A stretch of DNA of 64,000 bases. Source: Perkinsela sp. CCAP 1560/9. Lineage: Eukaryota > Protista > Euglenozoa: Kinetoplastea. Below the pieces are notes generated by a model. That model was not told the origin of the DNA and searched no databases. It saw only the letters and a list, made by a program, of their open reading frames with translations. Location: assembly GCA_965644495.1 (NCBI GenBank), contig CBFFSA010000004.1:558001-622000 (forward strand). The letters run 5' to 3'. Of this stretch, positions 61,398 through 64,000 are shown piece after piece. The translations under genes and the position numbers were made by a program. The first letter of the stretch is position 1, and every line of letters starts with the position of its first letter.

Positions 61398-61553
61398 GAT
61401 TGATGATGAATGATGAATTAGGCAATATATCTCCGAGGAGATGTTACCTCCCTAGAACAAGCCTCCCCTTATCGCTTGCTAGGAGCTGTGCCACGCAGCA
61501 CGCAAGTCAAATCCGAAGATTTGACCAGATCGAGCGCGAGCAGCCAGCTTATC
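61398..61553 (-). other. Structured 3' end of an unidentified non-LTR element or SINE with a (TCA)n tail
   Basis: GTCAAATC-TTCG-GATTTGAC hairpin, further stems, ending TTCATCATTCATCATCA. Confidence 0.45.
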
Positions 61554-61850
61554 TTTTTTTTTTATCCCCTTTTATATACTACAAGAAAATATTCTTTATG
61601 AAAAAACACTTCTTTTGAAGTGAAAAACACAACACACTCCAAAGATTATGCTGAATGACACCCACCCTAGTTTCTTAGTACCTTGTTATATCCGGTACCG
61701 GGCGGTGTCATTCTCACGCTGCGATGTCTGGGTGACCGTTACCCTAGTTATTTTGTGACTTGTTTTGTTGGCACCGGGTAGCGTCATCCGCGGGACCTTG
61801 ATCGTACCCACCCTAGGTATGTAGCGTCTTGTTGTGCGACGCCGGGTGAG

Positions 61851-62406
61851 TTAGATAGGGAAGCTGGGGTCGCTACGCCCCATCATTCGACAAAAGTCGA
61901 ATGCCCTGCGGGTATCGATTGAGCCGGTTATTTCCTTGCGGCGACTGAACAAGCTGGACAGCAGGCCTGTTGACAATAGGTTAGCGCTTTTGATTGTTAC
62001 AGAGCATTTGTTTCCTGCAGTTGACGGGGGGCCCACTCGCGGGGGAATCGACCCGGTGCACGTTTCAGAAGCTGTTTCGGAGCTTTGATTCGGAGCCTCC
62101 TCCACCGAATTCTTAGCCTTATCCTTTTTCTGTCGCAGTGCCTCATGGAATTCCCAGCGCATTTGTTTGCGTTCCTTCCTCTTTAGGAAAATCTCTTCGT
62201 CGGAGAGTATCCGCGCAGTGGGATTCAAAGGTCGAAGAACAATGTCGTCGATAGGTACCTCTACTTCTTCGGCTCGTACCGCTACACGTGGTGAGTGTGA
62301 CACTTGTGTTTGTAGTGGCGGTGGTGGCGGCGGTGGTGATTGTAGTGGTAGAAGCTCTGATTGTGGGGGCGATGTTGGCGATGGTGGCTGTTTTGGTGGC
62401 GGCGGC

Positions 62407-62440
<34 letters not shown>

Positions 62441-62616
62441 GCGGCCGTGGTGGTGAATCTTCGGGTGGTGCTGGTGGTATTGGCGGCAACGTCGGCATCT
62501 CTTTCTTTTTCCGTCGCGTCGTGGGAAGCGATTGGACAACGGGAGCTACCCCCGTGTCCTTCGCCTTGGCACGCGTTAGCATGCCCATTTCGAATAAAAG
62601 TTTAATATAAAACAAC
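61851..62616 (-). pseudogene. 5' part of a CRE-B element (ATG 62588, MGMLTRAKAK, poly-Pro)
   Basis: N-terminus nearly identical to 18970; LRPLNP motif; stops at DPSFPI. Confidence 0.82.
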
Positions 62617-62870
62617 TGAAAGCCAACACACATATATGATCTTCACACATATATGATCCGTCAAGCTTGCGTTTTGACTTGTCTGTGTCACGAGTAACGG
62701 CCTCCTGGCCCTCTTCTGATTTCCGTCGGTGCTCACATATCGAGCACCGTTCATACAAACTTTATGCGCGAAGCGCACAAGTATCCTGGCAATTTCGCTC
62801 GCTGCCTCTTCAAGGCTCGAGCACGAGTAGGAATTTTTGGGGTGGGGGACAATCCCTATTGGATCGTCCG

Positions 62871-63710
62871 GGCGAAACATCACCTTCCCCCCTTCTCTCG
62901 TGAGAGAAACTACCTCCAAAAATAACTAGAACAGAACTTACAAGTAAATGAATAAATAAATAGATAAATAGATAAATAGATAAATAAATACGCTAACCTG
63001 GAAATGTCTATAAGTATTTCGTATTGGCGCTACCTCCCATTGTATGGGGGTAGTTCTAACTAAGCTTACGCGTCTTTGTAAGCTAAATCTTATAATTCTA
63101 TATATTTAATATTTGACCTACGATAGTGCTTTGCTCATTTGAGAACACAGCACAGTGCCGTTTAACTCCTGGAGGTGCATTATGAAATCTTGCACAACGA
63201 TATCGCGATCACGCCCGCTAGCATCGGCCAGAGATTTCAGGAGAGCCAGGCCACTTTTGTTCATTGCTCCTCCGGCGAGTATTGATACGCATGTAAATTT
63301 TTCATGAGGTATTAGATCCGAGTTAACATACGTGTCGACTTTGCGTTTTTCGGCTTCCTGCATTAGCTGATTGCTCCGTTTACCGAGATTCGTCTTGGAT
63401 ATTTCATTTATGATAGTGAGGTCATAGAATATCTCACCGGACGCCCAGTAAATTGCTAAGTCTGGTCCGCTGCGATGAAAGGATGCGGTTCCACACTTTT
63501 TCTGATGTTCATGTTTGCGCTGTTCATTCACCGATTCATTACATTTCAGGCATCGATAAGTGGTGAATTGTCTCGGTTTCCGCTCGCATGGGACTCCGGT
63601 CTGAAGACAGAGGTCGTAAATATGACGAACGAGAGCATGATGTCGTGTTGTCGCATTAGCGCCTGTGCATTTAACGCAACCGAGCAAGTGTGCTAGAAAG
63701 TGTTTTGATT
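62871..63710 (-). mobile_element. 5'-truncated CRE-B copy (RLE + 3'UTR), near-identical to 6684-7509
   Basis: ESKHFLAHLLGC...SQMSKALS and the same 3'UTR. Confidence 0.88.
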
Positions 63711-63780
63711 CGTCCGTCTTTCGCCGCGACGGAACGTTGTCTGCGTCTGTGCAGCGCCACTCGCCACCCCCCGGGAGAAA

Positions 63781-63860
63781 ACAATAAGGAAAGGTCTTAC
63801 AATAAGGAAAGGTCTTACAATAAGGAAAGGTCTTAAAATAAGGAAAGGTCTTACAATAAG
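63781..63860 (+). repeat. 18-bp tandem repeat (ACAATAAGGAAAGGTCTT x ~4.4)
   Basis: Directly visible. Confidence 0.95.
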
Positions 63861-64000
63861 AAACATTCGTCCTCAAAGGATCGAGAATTCACGTTTAGAC
63901 GGGCGAGACGTGATCTCCTTTACCCCCCATTATCTTCCCTCTACCTTATATCCCATACCGTAAACTTATAATAGCTATATTAATTATACTTTTTTTTTCC

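Noticed and set aside
61500-61550. SRP RNA helix-8-like or C/D snoRNA on the + strand
   Set aside because: Only loose similarity, with no Alu domain or terminal D box; the UUCG loop and tail point to the - strand.
63781-63860. CRISPR array or telomeric repeat
   Set aside because: Head-to-tail 18-mers without spacers, no cas genes, and not TTAGGG.

Overview
A eukaryotic retrotransposon nest with no recognisable host gene. The host is very likely a euglenozoan (kinetoplastid or diplonemid), because a kinetoplastid-type spliced-leader (SL) exon sits at the 5' end of several elements. The window holds two CRE-clade RT+restriction-like-endonuclease (RLE) non-LTR families (here CRE-A and CRE-B), one HERO-like RLE element, one RTE-like fragment with RNase H, and three families of tyrosine-recombinase (YR) retrotransposons. 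The two YR families with intact structure have gag-YR-RT/RNaseH order (VIPER/TATE-like) and A1...B1-A2-B2 split direct repeats; the third is only a gag relic. Target-site duplications (TSDs) and ORFs that rejoin in frame show that 15.5-61.4 kb is one six-level nested insertion. Main observations: (1) unrelated non-LTR families begin with the SL exon, joined at the exon's TTG end; (2) both intact YR families conserve a -1 slippery heptamer after the gag zinc knuckle and keep the -1 frame open under the whole recombinase gene into an RT with a non-canonical YxDG site; (3) a YR element appears to have re-transposed carrying a nested CRE element with a >=106-bp TSD; (4) host-like domains occur in element ORFs (Ataxin-2/Pbp1 LsmAD; Mer3/HFM1-type zinc fingers); (5) a ~240-nt structured 3'UTR RNA is conserved with pairing-consistent changes. 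All calls are by eye from motifs and internal comparisons; no database searches were run.
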